A program made the translations under genes and the position numbers. A stretch of DNA of 64,000 bases from the human T2T-CHM13v2.0 reference genome, Homo sapiens. Every line of letters begins with the position of its first letter. The stretch's first letter is position 1. The notes below the pieces were generated by a model, which was not told where the DNA came from, searched no databases, and was given only the letters and a program-made list of their open reading frames with translations. Shown in pieces: positions 1 to 14,249 of the stretch. Where the stretch lies: NCBI RefSeq assembly GCF_009914755.1, contig NC_060946.1; one strand, given 5' to 3'.

Positions 1-244
1 CAGCGGGCATGGAAGAGCGGGACCTGCCCTGAGCCAGGAGAGGAGGTGCTGTGGGTTCCTCCTGGGAAGGGCAAGAGGGGAGGGAGGCTGCGAGGGAAGG
101 CTGGGCTGGGTCCCAAGGGCATTGAAGGTCATAGGAAGGCATGTGTGTTTCATCCCAAGAATACGAAGAGGTCCCTGAGGCTCGCAGCACCATCCCATGT
201 GTGTTTATGAGCATCAGCAGAGAGTGGGCATGTGGCGTGGAGTC

Positions 245-1082
245 GGGGTTCACAGGAGGCTTCCCTAGTGCCCCACAGGAGACCAGATGGAGCCTTGGAC
301 CAGTCTGTGGGCCTCAGGGTTCACGGGAGGCTTCCCTAGTGCCCCAGAGGAGACTGGACAGAGCCTTGGACCAGGCTGCGGGCATCAGCGTTCACGGCAG
401 TCTTCCCTAGTGCCCCAGAGGAGACCAGATGGAGCCTTGGACCACGCTGCCGGCATCAGCGTTCACGGGAGGCTTCCCTAGTGCCCCAGAGACTGGACGG
501 AGACTTAGACCAGCCTGTGGGCATCAGGGTTCACGGGAGGCTTCCCTAGTGCCCCAGAGACTGGACGGAGCCTTAGACCAGGCTGTGGGCATCAGGGTTC
601 ACAGGAGGCTTCCCCAGTGCCTCAGAGACTGGACGGAGACTTAGACCAGCCTGTGGGCATCAGGGTTCACGGGAGGCTTCCCTAGTGCCCCAGAGACTGG
701 ACAAAGCCTTAGACCAGGCTGCGGGTGTCAGGGTTCATGGGAGTCTTTCCTAGTGCCCCAGAGGAGATGGTACAGAGCCTTAAACAAGGCTGTGGGCATC
801 AGGGTTCACGGGAGGCTTCCCTAGTGCCCCAGAGACTGGATGGAGCCTTAAACCAGGCTGTGGGCATCAGGGTTCACGGGAGGCTTCCCTAGTGCCCCAG
901 AGACTGGACGGAGCCTTAGACCAGGCTGCGGGTGTCAGGGTTCATGGGAATCTTTCCTAGTGCCCCAGAGGAGACGGTACAGAGCCTTAAACAAGGCTGT
1001 GGGCATCAGGGTTCACGGGAGGCTTCCCTAGTGCCCCAGAGGAGACGATACCAAGCCTTAGACCAGGCTGTGGGCATCAGGG
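245..1082. repeat. Minisatellite/VNTR, 68-71 bp unit, ~12 copies
   Basis: Unit GGGCATCAGGGTTCACGGGAGGCTTCCCTAGTGCCCCAGA(GGA)GACTGGACGGAGCCTTAGACCAGGCTGT repeated; one variant unit recurs at 721 and 928 (207-bp period). Confidence 0.95.
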
Positions 1083-1499
1083 GCTCATCCAAGTGAGTGG
1101 ACCACATTGTTCACTTGGAGAGAGAATCAGCAACCCCTGCTTCCAGTTTAATATGCAGAAAAGTAGACAGTTCTTAAAATAGTTCTCCCTAAAATAGAAC
1201 ATACACAGTGAAGAGGGCAGCCACATATGCCAATCACTGAAAACCATGACAGGAGCGGGCATGGTGGGGCAGAGAGAGACACAGAGAGACACAGAGAGAG
1301 AGATGGAGATGGGAGAGTCCTGGGGTCACTGAGCAGGGCCTGATCTGGATGATCAACTGCAGAGCTGCTTCTGCACTTCCTGGGAGTGGAAGTTTGTGGG
1401 GCGGGGTGAGGGGAGAGGGGAGGGGAACATTTTTGTGAAGCATCCTCACACCTCTCAACAGGTTGGCGGGAAGTAGAGGCATAGGTTGAATTTTCACCA

Positions 1500-2900
<1,401 letters not shown>

Positions 2901-3568
2901 TGGATGCTAAACATTGTGGGCAAAAAGTTAAACAGGTACAGAATCGAGCTAGCTTCCACCAAAAATAATTGATGTGTATGTAAGCTATATCATTTAGGGC
3001 ACATGGGCGGGAATTCTTTGACAAAGATTTGCAACTTTCTTGTAAGCCTGAAATTGTTTTAAAATAAAAAGTTAAAAATAATGAAGTAAAAAATCCTCCC
3101 TCTAAATTTGGCATCCATTGACAGCGTGCATCCCCATTCTTACTGAAGCCAGTTACTTCTGGTGATTGCAAAATGCCCTATTCCTCGGTCAGCAGCTACT
3201 CTACGGAAGAGCCTTCCTAGTAGCCACCAAGCCCATTCACGGATCAGTTGCTCAGTGATCCATAATTCATTTCTGTCCTCAATTATTTTGACGTTTAAGT
3301 GGTCCTGGATTTGGCCAGGGGCTCCTGTGTTCTCAGGACAGTTCTCCACCATTTGGGGGGCAGTTTCTCACTCCTTGGCACAGCAGTGCACCTTCCCCAC
3401 CACAGCCCTGGAGTTGGCCATTTCACCATGAAAGATGTTTTGATGCAAATATTTTAATCAGAATCACACCAAATCTGATGAGCATCCATTCAGTTGAAAT
3501 TATATATACATTTTATATATATATAGTTTATATGTAAAATATGTTTTAAATATATTTTATATATATAC

Positions 3569-3852
3569 TTTTTTGGGAGTCTCACTCTGTTGCTCAGGCT
3601 GGAGCACAGTGGTGTGATCTTGGCTTGCTGCAAACTCTGCCTCCCAGTTTCAAGCAATTCTCCTGCCTCAGCCTGCTGAGTAGCTGGGATTACAGGCATG
3701 CACCACCACACCCAGCTAATGTTTGTATTTTTACTAAAGACAGGGTTTCACCATGTTGGCCAGGCTGATCTTGAACTCCTCACCTCAAGCAATCCACCCA
3801 CCTCAGCTTCCCAAAGTGCTGGGATTACAGGTGTGAGCCACTGCACCTGGCC
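3569..3852 (-). mobile_element. AluS (Sx-like) with adjacent (TA)n tract
   Basis: Full antisense Alu dimer ending CCTGGCC; TA-rich tract at 3500-3568. Confidence 0.92.
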
Positions 3853-4911
3853 AGAAATTTTTCATATTCTATTAATCCAATTCAATTATTGAATCAAATT
3901 TAAATACATGGGCAGATAAAGCAATATTCCCAATATTTTGTTCCCATTTCCATTAAATTGACATATTTTCATTTGGATCACACTTTTCACATTTTTATTT
4001 TTCAAAAAGATATGACTAGTAGTTCTTTCAGCCATGTCAATCTTCCTGATGATAGTTTTTGCCTTTAGGGATTTTTAGAGCAATTGTACCAATAAAGTTC
4101 AATTTGAGGGTATTAAATTATACATATCTAATTTATTTTTCAAGCACAATTCATTCATTCATCAATCTTGAATCAATGCTCAGTTTTAGCCACTGTTAGT
4201 TTTACTTAGGTTTGGCTACTTCTAACTATAATCTTTATTATTGACAATATAAAACTGGCAGGTGGCACTAATGTCTCAGCTCACCTGTTCCTGAACCCCC
4301 CCCCCCACTGCCACTGCTGTCCCCCCAGCCCTGCTAAATGTCCCCAACGTCTGGACCCAGCCCTGTCCTCTCCTGCCCCTGGACCTTCTCCTGCCGTGAA
4401 GCCCTCGCCCACCCTCTGCCCTGACCCTTCTTGGTCTTTGCATTTCCTCTGTGCCTCAGCTTCCCAGATGCCCTGGAGCATCTCCATTGTCCCTCCATGT
4501 GCTCACCTCACTCTTCTTTCCAGACCGGTGACTCAGGATCATAAACCTGCAATGCCTCGAGTTTATCGCTGCCTCCCCCAAGCCAGGTCTCAGCTCCTCT
4601 TGTGATGTTGCTTTTAACCTTCACAGGCATCCTTTGAGTCAGATACTAATTTTTTTTTCACTCATTTTGCAGGAATATATATAATTAATATAAATATTCA
4701 CATGTATTATTTATATAATTATAAATGCAGAATAGTTGTATTTATTTTTTACCTGTTATATATTTTATATAATATATTTTATATATTTATATATCTAATA
4801 TACAATATTTTCAAGTATGTGATGTCATATATTATATTCCTATAGATACTATATACCTAACAAATACTATAAATACTTATATAATTATTGAATAAAATCC
4901 TATATATTATA

Positions 4912-5331
4912 CAGTTGACCCTTGAACAATGTTAGGGTTAGGAACAAAGACCCCCTCAACCCCTGCACAGTCGAAAATCCCCATGTGACTTTGACCCCCC
5001 CTAAAACCTTAACTACTCATCACCTACTGCTCAACAGAAGCCTTACCAGTAACAGCCAATTAATGCATACTTTGTGTTATATGCTGTATTCATACAATAA
5101 AGTAAGTGAAAATTGTATTAAGAACATGGTGAGGAAGAGAAGATGCCTTTACTGTTTATTAACTGGAAGTGGATCATAATCAAGGTCCCCATCCTCATCT
5201 TCACGTGGAGGGAGTGGAGGAGGAGGAGGGCGGGGGCCGGTCTTGCTGTCTCAGGGGTGGCAGAGGTGGTAGAAAATCCACATATAAGTGACCCATGAAC
5301 TTTAAACCATGTACTGTTCAAGGGTCAACCG
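4912..5331 (-). mobile_element. Tigger2a (MER28) TcMar DNA transposon, full length
   Basis: TIRs CAGTTGACCCTTGAACA...TGTTCAAGGGTCAACCG with TA on both sides; interior matches recalled Tigger2a (TCTTGCTGTCTCAGGGGTGGCAGAGG). Confidence 0.88.
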
Positions 5332-6834
5332 TATATATTGCATATATATTATATGTTTTGCATTATGTATATTTAATATTAATGTAAAACTAGAAAAGAC
5401 CCATCGGGCACGTGGGTGGCACAGAATGTCGTGGGTGGCACAGAATGCCGTGGGCCCACGTGAGCCCCGAACTCCCGAGGGGCCTCTTTGCTTCCCCATG
5501 GGACAGAAGGCTCCGAACGCAGACCCTGGTCACCAATGTCTTGGCTGACCCGAGAGCAGCTACTGCTTTTGTTTTTTTTCCAAATAAATAACGAATAAAA
5601 TAGGACTTGCCCTGTCGAAATTAAAAGGGCATTATTTTGAAACATAGTCTTAAAAATGGATTATTCGTTAAGTGGCACCAGCCAACCAGTTAAGCATTTG
5701 GGGAAAAATAATTTCTCATTAATACAAATTAAATTACCAAAGGTTAATAACTTGACATAAAAAAGAACCAAAATAAAATATAGAGTATATTTTATTGTTT
5801 TTATAAGGAAAGTCCTTTTTTATTTAGAAGTTTTAATCCAGACCATAAAAAAGAAAGAATTGGGTGTATAAAAGTGTTAAGGCAGAGCAAAGAAGGCAAA
5901 TACATAAATTGCAAGCTGTAAAAAACTTTTGCATTCCATATGCCAAAAAATTCACATCCATAAAACATGAAATTTCCTTAAAGTCAACACGAACACCGCG
6001 ACTGAGAAAACAAATGGGCCAAATCTATAAACAGGCAAATCACAGGAGAAGGGAAAAATCAGAAAATAACCAAGAAAAAGGATTCAACCTTAAAGGAACA
6101 AAACAAAGACAACGTGAAGTCGCAGTAAGGGATTATTTGTCCAGGAACTTGGCCAGGACGAAACAACGGGAAGCCCCAGTGCTGGCCAGGCATGGGGGGC
6201 CCACAACCCACCCAGGGGGTGCAGCTGGCAGGACTGCCCTCGAGACCAGTGGGTCAGAATTGACCAAAATTCAGTTGCAGGTTGGTTTTAAGGGGGCATC
6301 TCCTCTTCCAAGCACCCCCTGCTGTGACGTGCTGGGAGCCCCCGGGGGCAGGAGAAACTCCCCCATCCACAAGGTGCATTTGCAAGAATATTCCTCAAAA
6401 CCAGAAGCTCCCCAATGACCATTTGTTGTGAATGAGTGAGGAATTACAGAAGGCCGTAAGTTGGAGAGATAGGCCTGTTTCTGCACCCAGAAGGAAGGAG
6501 CCACAAGCTCTTGTGGAGCAAGAGCGGGACCCGGGATGCGAGTGTAGACGGGTGCTGGAAGGAAGCTCAGACCCTTCCTCTCCCCACCAGATTACAGGAG
6601 AATGGAATCCCAGCCTGGTGGCACCTACCAGCTCCAGTGCTTTATCAGATACACCCATAGTGGTTTCAAAAACCTACAGGAATATTCCTTTGGGAAAGGA
6701 ACCCGTGAGGTTGCTCCCTGGGCCGGCTCTGTGTTCTCACTGCCCCAGCTTGCACCTGAGCCCCGCTGCCCCTGGGGCCGTTGGCCTGCTAAGATGCTTT
6801 GGGTTTCTCTGCATCCTCCTTTGTATAGTGGAGT

Positions 6835-7221
6835 GCATCGTGCTGCTCAGGCTTTGTAACAGAGCACCGCAGGCGGGTGGCGTGCACTGCAGACGTTACC
6901 TCCTCAGGGTCCTGGAGGCTGAAAATTCAAGATCCAGATGTGGGAAAGGCTGATTCCTCCAGAGGCCTCTCTCCTCAGCTGGTGGACGGCATCCTCCCTT
7001 GGTCTTTCTGCTGTGTGGGAGCAGCCCTGCTGGGCTCTGGGTGTCCTAATCTCCTCTTCTTATAGGGACTCTGATCATATTGGATTGGGGCCATCACCAT
7101 GGCCTCATTGTAACAATCACCTCTGTAAAGGCCCTGTCTCCAAATACAGTGACGTTCTGAGAGTCACTGGAGGACAGGGCTTTACCCTGTGAATCTGGGG
7201 GGACACAATCAGCCCATAACA
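6835..7221 (-). mobile_element. MaLR solo LTR (MLT1A/B-like)
   Basis: CCTGGAGGCTGAAAATTCAAGATC, CCCTGTCTCCAAATACAGT and terminal GGGGGACACAATCAGCCCATAACA typical of MLT1. Confidence 0.8.
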
Positions 7222-7567
7222 AGGAGCGATAATGGTGGGGTCTGTTGTACAGGTAGGTGGCTGAGGCCACCAAGCAAGTTAGTGCTTGTCAGCCCTGTCA
7301 AACACACAAGAAGCATCTTGGTACCCTGAACCCTGCTGCAGCCAGGATGCACAGCCATAGCTGCAACTCACACTGGCCTCCTGAAGCCCCTGAGCCTGGC
7401 TGGATTACGTTCTATTCATTATGGGATGTCTAATAATAATAGCAACCTGCTCCAGTGTTAGTAGCAGGACTCAACCCTAGATCGCCTGGCTCATAACCCT
7501 CTCTCTGAACCACCTTCCAAACAGAAATGGCACACAATTGTGAAGAACATATTTCATAACAGTCTCA

Positions 7568-7861
7568 CTTTTATTTTAAGAGACAGGGTCTCACTCTGTT
7601 GCCCAGGCTGGAGTGCAGAGGGGCGTTCATGGCTCACAGCAGCCTTGATCTCCTGGGCTCAAGTGATCCTCCTGCCTCAGCCTCCCAAGCAGCTGGGACC
7701 ACAGTGCATACTACCACACCCAGCTAATTTTTGAAATGTTTTTGTAGAGATGGGGTTCTCACTATACTGCCCAGGCTGGTCTAGAACTGGAGATCAAGTG
7801 ATTCTCCTGCCTCAGATTTCCAAAGCATTAGAACTACAGGCATGAGCCACCATGCCCAGCC
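7568..7861 (-). mobile_element. AluJ
   Basis: AluJ diagnostics (AGACAGGGTCTCACTCTG, GGGCTCAAGTGATCCTCC); short TSD CAGTCTC. Confidence 0.9.
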
Positions 7862-8742
7862 CAGTCTCGTATCAATATTTAAAAGGAAAAAATGTTGGTG
7901 CTTAAAGGTGGGAGGGATGGGGGATAAGCAACATGGTTTCCAACAAACAAGGCCAAGGTTTGTCTGCACTTTTGGCAGAGCCATCTGTGGCATCCTCCTG
8001 GTGAGCGTCACCAGTTGGGAGCTCAGCAAAGACAGTCACCAGGTCCTCACAGCTTTGTCATCCTTCTTGCCACACGGACATCCTCTCTCCCCACCTTCTG
8101 GGAGCAGGTCAGTTGGAGAGGGCTCCTTTAGATTGTCACTTTATTAGTAACTAAGAAAATCAAGTTCCCTTGGCTGGAAATCCTCATAGTTTCACTCTCG
8201 TGCATCAAGAAATAAAGTTCATAGAATTGCTAACAGACTTTGCAAGGAGCTCTCTTCCCCCCGGCTCCCCACCACCCATTTTTTTTGGTTACAGTAATTG
8301 CCGTCTGAGCCTCAAAGGCTAGAAATCGTTTTTCATCTCATGCATGGAGAATTTCCATCTGATTGATGACAGCCACAGAGCCTTTCCTTACCCACGGAGC
8401 TGCACTAATTTGCAAGCTAAAACAATATTAGCAAATTGTTAATGGCCCATGAAACTGCAGGAGCAGCGTTAAGTGTTGTGCTCAGGCCTCCCCGGCAACT
8501 ACAGCTGCTCACCTAAATACCCACGGTGGCAGCAAGAGGAGGAGGCTTCTAAACTCTATCATGGAGGGAGAAAGGGGCTGTCTCGCTGCAGCAAAGTCCT
8601 CTGCGGGATTGGCATGGCAGGCATGCCCTCGGTCCCCACTGCTGTGGTGCAGACACAGCGGGTCTGGGTAGCAGTTGGGATTGAATTTTCTTGTAGCAGG
8701 AAAGCTGGCACCAACTCCCCATCCAAGCGGATGCCGTGATCT

Positions 8743-8805
8743 CCTTTTACAGCTGAGCCAATAGCCTGTGTTTGCCTTTTACAGCTGAGCCAATAGCCTG
8801 TGTTT
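8743..8805. repeat. Perfect 31-bp direct duplication (period 32) containing CAGCTG and CCAAT
   Basis: CCTTTTACAGCTGAGCCAATAGCCTGTGTTT at 8743-8773 and 8775-8805. Confidence 0.9.
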
Positions 8806-9085
8806 CTTCTTCAAGGGAGAAGCAGTTCTGCATGGGCCATGGTTCCCACTCGGTCCCACTGCAGCCTCGTAGGACTCAGCAGATCCCACGGCGTTCCTGC
8901 CACGGCTGCCCCAGGTGCGCCCAGAGCTTGGGATGCTGTACAGGCAGCTCAGGCTTGGAGGAGATGGCCGGTCCTGTGCCAGTGGGGAATGAGCAGTGGT
9001 GTCATGTCAGGATGTCTGTGCCAGGCGAGTTGGCAGCAGGTTCCTTGGAGGAAGGTCTTGCAGCTGTAAAAATACAATATCTAGG

Positions 9086-9503
9086 TGTCTGTGTAGAAAG
9101 AAGTAGACATAGGAGACTCCATTTTGTTCTGTACTAAGAAAAATTCTTCTGCCTTGGGATGCTGTTGCTCTATGACCTTACCCCCAACCCGGTGCTCTCT
9201 GAAACATGTGCTGTGTCCACTCAGGGTTAAATGGATTAAGGGCGGTGCAAGACGTGCTTTGTTAAACAGATGCTCGAAGGCAGCATGCTCGTTAAGAGTC
9301 ATCACCACTCCCTAATCTCAAGTACCCAGGGACACAAACACTGCGGAAGGCCGCAGGGTCCTCTGCCTAGGAAAACCAGAGACCTTTGTTCACTTGTTTA
9401 TCTGCTGACCTTCCCTCCACTGTTGTCCCATGACCCTGCCAAATCCCCCTATGCGAGAAACACCCAAGAATGATCAATAAAAAATAAATAAATAAAAATA
9501 AAT
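9086..9503 (+). mobile_element. 5'-truncated SVA (SINE-R domain only, SVA_B/C-like)
   Basis: HERV-K LTR-derived SINE-R ending CCCAAGAATGATCAATAAA plus A-rich tail; TSD AAATACAATAT(C/T)TAGG at ~9070-9085 and ~9504-9519. Confidence 0.9.
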
Positions 9504-10682
9504 AAATACAATATTTAGGGCCCATGACGGCAGGATTCAGGTTACAAGAAGGCTGATTATTTCAGGACAGATAGGTCAAGAAATGCACAAGACGTGGCTG
9601 TAAAGTCCAGGCACTGTCACTTAACTGACACACTAAACAGGATTGGAGAAAAGCGTGGCTGCCTCCCAAGGAGTTCTGTGGGCCGTGGGGCTTTTCGTGC
9701 CGATGCCGATGCTGCTCCAAGAATATCTGGAGTTCTGTCTAGCATCATCTTTAAATGGCTGGGCTGGAAAATTAAAGGCCGTCCTGTCACTTTGTAGGCA
9801 AACAGCCATCCGTCCAACAGTGACAGTCTACACACGGCTTACCTTCCTGAGCTACCTGGCTGGGCCGGGATGACAGCTCATTCCGAGATCTAAACCCATT
9901 CCAAGCGGATCATGAATTCTCAACCTGGAGATACTCCAAGGAATATGCCACAGGTTCTGAAAAGAAATATCAAAAGGGTATCATAAATATGTGTTGCATG
10001 TTTGAGAGTATGTTAAATCCTCCAGAGATTCCAGTCTGAAAGAATAACCATTTTGGTTTTTTGTTTTGTTTTGTTTTAATTGTCTTGTGAGTTGGATGTG
10101 TGGAAGCAAGACGATGAGGGGAAAGAAGGGAGGAGGAGCAAGGCTGGTTTTCATCCAAGCCTGGGCAACTCCATTCACTGTGTTCAGTTCCCATTGAGAA
10201 ACCTGGAATCCTAGACTCCCCCCCAGGGGGCTCAACATTGGAAAGGACCTCCCTCCGGAGATCTTCCATCTCTAGATGGAGAAATTCCATCTCTAAACTC
10301 TGATAAATGGGCTTCCTGGAAGTTCCCTGGAATTAGATCCCTGCTGCCTGGCAGGGCCCGCTGCTCTGTTCAGGACGCCCTAATTGTCAGCGAGTTCTTC
10401 TCTGCAGTCTGCCTGCCTCCAGCTTCTGATGCACCTCATTCTGGAACTTCACATTTTCTCCTAAAGGATCGATCCAGGCCAAAGCCAGCTCAATGCCAGC
10501 TCTACCCAAAATACAGCAGCAAAGGTGATGGGCACTGCAGGCAGAAGAAGGCCAAAGCCCCTTCATCCCCATCCCCAGCCCCAGATGCCTGAGAGCCCCC
10601 ACACTCCCTTCCCAAAGCCCCCACATGGCTCCCTCAGCCGGTGCCTCTGGGGTCTTGGCTGTTGGCACTTGACTGACACGAC

Positions 10683-11003
10683 TGTCTTAGTCCATTCAAG
10701 CTGCTATCACAAAAATACAGTGGACTGGGTGGCCGAAGACACAGACATTTATTATTCAGCGTTCTGGAGGCTGGAAGTCCAAGATCAAGGTGCTGGGAGA
10801 CTCGGTGTCTGGTGAGGGCTTCGGTCCCCAGACGGTGCCTCTTCACTGTGTTATCCTACAGGGGAGTGGGGAGGGTCTTTCTGCGCCCTTTCATAAGGAC
10901 CCTCACCCCATCCCCGAGGGTTGCAACCGTGTCTCATAATACCACAGAGGTGAGGATTTCCACAAACAAATGTTGGGGGGACACCCATGTTCAGCCCTTA
11001 CCA
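10683..11003 (-). mobile_element. MaLR solo LTR (MLT1A0-like)
   Basis: TGTCTTAGTCCATTCAAGCTGCTAT start, GTTCTGGAGGCTGGAAGTCCAAGATCAAGGTG, GGGGGACAC end. Confidence 0.82.
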
Positions 11004-11375
11004 GTGGCCAGCCTGCAAATGTCCCTGAAGCAGAGCGGGGAGCAGCACCAGGAAGACGGAGCCTGCTGGGCTGGGGCCAGTCCTTCCCACACCCCACACG
11101 TGCACCCGCGCGGCCCCAGGAGGGGTGGAATTTTTGTCATCATCGTCATGACTTTCCCATCCACACTGGATTCATAGTAAGCTCTAAACAGCTGTGTCTG
11201 TGCAACCCATCCACATCCAATAAAGATGGTCGTCTATCCATCGCGGCTCACACCTAGAAACTTCATCACACTGTGGGCATTTTTCTACTTAATCCTTTAC
11301 AGGCAAGTGGGAGATTCCCACGTGCCTGTCTCTATCTTGCTGCTGAAGAAGTGGAAGGCCAGAGAGGAGGAAGCC

Positions 11376-11850
11376 ACGCGCCCGAGGCCGTCTGGCTGTT
11401 GAGAAGACCAGAGGAGAGCCTGAGGAGGCCAGGTTCGAGCTCGTGTGTCTCAGCCCAGAGCCTGCAGAATTTTGTGTCTGTCGCGACGGGGTCTGAAAAC
11501 CTATTCTGGCCGGGCAGGCTGGAACCCGGGCTTGTTGTGGGCCGCAGACCAGCTCAGTGCAGCTCGCAGCCCTGCCAGACGGAAAGGGGGAACTAGGCGC
11601 GCAGAAAGGGTACGTGCGGAAAAAACTCTTGCCTCTGCGCTAGAACGTCCGGCAGGGCCCTTCTGTGAACAAGCGGCAGCACCTGCGCCAGGGGCAGGTG
11701 CCACTGACAGACGCCTGCCGGGCCCGCTCGATCCTGACCAGCTCACTTCTCAGGGATGCGCTGCACCTGCTGGGCCTCCTGGAACCAGCGCTCGGCTTCG
11801 CTCGGGGAGCACGGCGGTGCGGGGCAGCGCATCAGAGCCCGGACTCGGGG
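11376..11850. promoter_or_regulatory. CpG-rich, GC-rich segment (small orphan CpG-island-like)
   Basis: High CG density in non-repeat sequence; no linked transcript identifiable. Confidence 0.4.
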
Positions 11851-11854
11851 GAGG

Positions 11855-12290
11855 GTCCTGGGACTGCAGTGACAATGTACCTTCACAGTGGGAGCAGGAG
11901 GATTAACACGGCAGGGATTGACGCCCTCTCTGAGACCAAGGTGTCAGCAGGACCACACTCCTTCTGGAGGCTCTAGGGGAGGATCCTTGCTGCCTCTTCC
12001 AGCTTCCGGTGGTTTCAGGCCTTCCTTGGTTTGTAGACACGCGTCACCCTGTCACTCCACCCTCTGACCCTGTCTTCAGGGAACCTTCTTCTCAGTGTCT
12101 GTGTCACGTGCCCTCTTATTATAAGGATGCCAGTATTGGACTAGGACCTCCTCCTCGCCGAACCCAGCAGGACCTCATCCTAACTTGATGACATCTACGA
12201 AGGCCCTATTGCCAAATAAGGTCACGTTCACAGGCACTGGGGCCTGGGATTTTCCCTTACGTTTTGGAGGATGCAATTCAATCACAGCAC
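11855..12290 (-). mobile_element. MaLR solo LTR (MLT1C-like)
   Basis: GGAGGCTCTAGGGGGAGGATCC..GCCTCTTCCAGCTTCCGGTGG and CCAAATAAGGTCACGTTCACAGG motifs. Confidence 0.78.
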
Positions 12291-12729
12291 TAAACAAAGA
12301 CACGGCTTTGGAGGATGGGAGCTAGACTGCTGGAAATAATATGGACACGTGTTATTAAATCGAGAGAGGGGAGATCGTTAACATGTGACATCATCCGGCT
12401 CTTATTAAAAAGCCTGATCGCTGCATTGTAATAAGTTTTCCAAAAGGAAGGTCAGCAAGAATCAGTTTCAACTTCAATAATCTCAGAATTACATGTAAGT
12501 CAGATAGAAGTTTAATTCTCCTAATTGGGAATTTAGTTAATTTAGACACTGGCTGAGCTGTTTCCTTCTGATGTATAAAGACATAATATACATTTATGTG
12601 TAAGATAAACACAGAAGCAGAAGTTGGCCAAAACCACAAATATCATCTTTGCTGATAGTCAATGCCACTTACAGATCACTATGGTTTATCGTCTCCTAAA
12701 GACCCTCCTGGGCAGCCCTTCAGCGGCAG

Positions 12730-12880
12730 TGTTCATTCACTCACTCACTCATTCATTTATTCAGTCTAACTTCACTGGATGTTTTGACTATCTAGAGTAC
12801 ATAAGGTTTGGGAAAGGATGGGACACAGTGCCCAGCAGCCTCAGGTGACCTCGCGTCTGAGGAGGAGGAGAGCAGCATTG
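12730..12880 (-). mobile_element. L2 3'-end relic
   Basis: (TCAT/TCAC)n start followed by diverged L2 3' sequence. Confidence 0.45.
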
Positions 12881-12940
12881 TTGGGTGGCAGCAGAACCAT
12901 CTCCACCAGGGTCCTTGGCGTTGCAGCAATATCAACACAA

Positions 12941-13250
<310 letters not shown>

Positions 13251-13396
13251 AACAAAAATTATGGTTTGTTCCAGAATTTTCTTGCTTTACTGATATCTTA
13301 CCTCAAAATCAACTCACATTTTCCCCAAGAAACTAAAAATCAAATACATTCACTCTAGGGAATAAGATTACCAAGTGCTAAGGGAAATTACAATTA

Positions 13397-13752
<356 letters not shown>

Positions 13753-14249
13753 TTAAGGACTCAGGAAGTCATGGAAATTGCCAAGGAAGCGGGATCAGAA
13801 GATCTGGGCTGAAGCAGCTTGGAGGTGGCGCTCACAGGTGGAGGGGCTGCCCCGGGGCGGCCCTATGGTGGGGAGAGCAGTGTAGGTCACGCGGGGCCTC
13901 CTGACGAGCAGAGTAATGGTCCTGACAAAAAGCCACGCAACCCTCTCTGGAGAAAGGACAAGTGCCGCAGTGAAGAGAGACCACCAATAAGCAGGAGGTG
14001 CATCCGAACGAATTTCCTAAAATGCATCAAGCAGAGAGAATGAGATGGAAAATCTGAAAGCAGAAAGCATAAGAGCTTGCCAGGTGGAGCGCACATCTGT
14101 TCAGACCATGCCACAGACGACGAAGAATAGAAGGTGGCGTGCCAGGTACAAAGCAAATCCCAGCAAGTGGCCAAGAATGCCCATGTTTAAACCCACATTC
14201 CCAAATAGCCCATGATTCAAAGAAGGAATTATAAGAAGAATGAACAATG

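Noticed and set aside
245-1082. CRISPR-like appearance of regularly spaced repeats (also 39857-40178 and 62307-62610)
   Set aside because: Contiguous tandem units without unique spacers, no cas genes, human DNA
5864-6418. 184-aa Lys-rich ORF
   Set aside because: Non-ATG start over A-rich, L1-like decayed sequence; no known protein similarity
9081-9473. ORFs resembling database 'hypothetical' proteins, or a HERV-K solo LTR
   Set aside because: SVA SINE-R sequence with poly(A) tail and long TSD; not a gene or provirus
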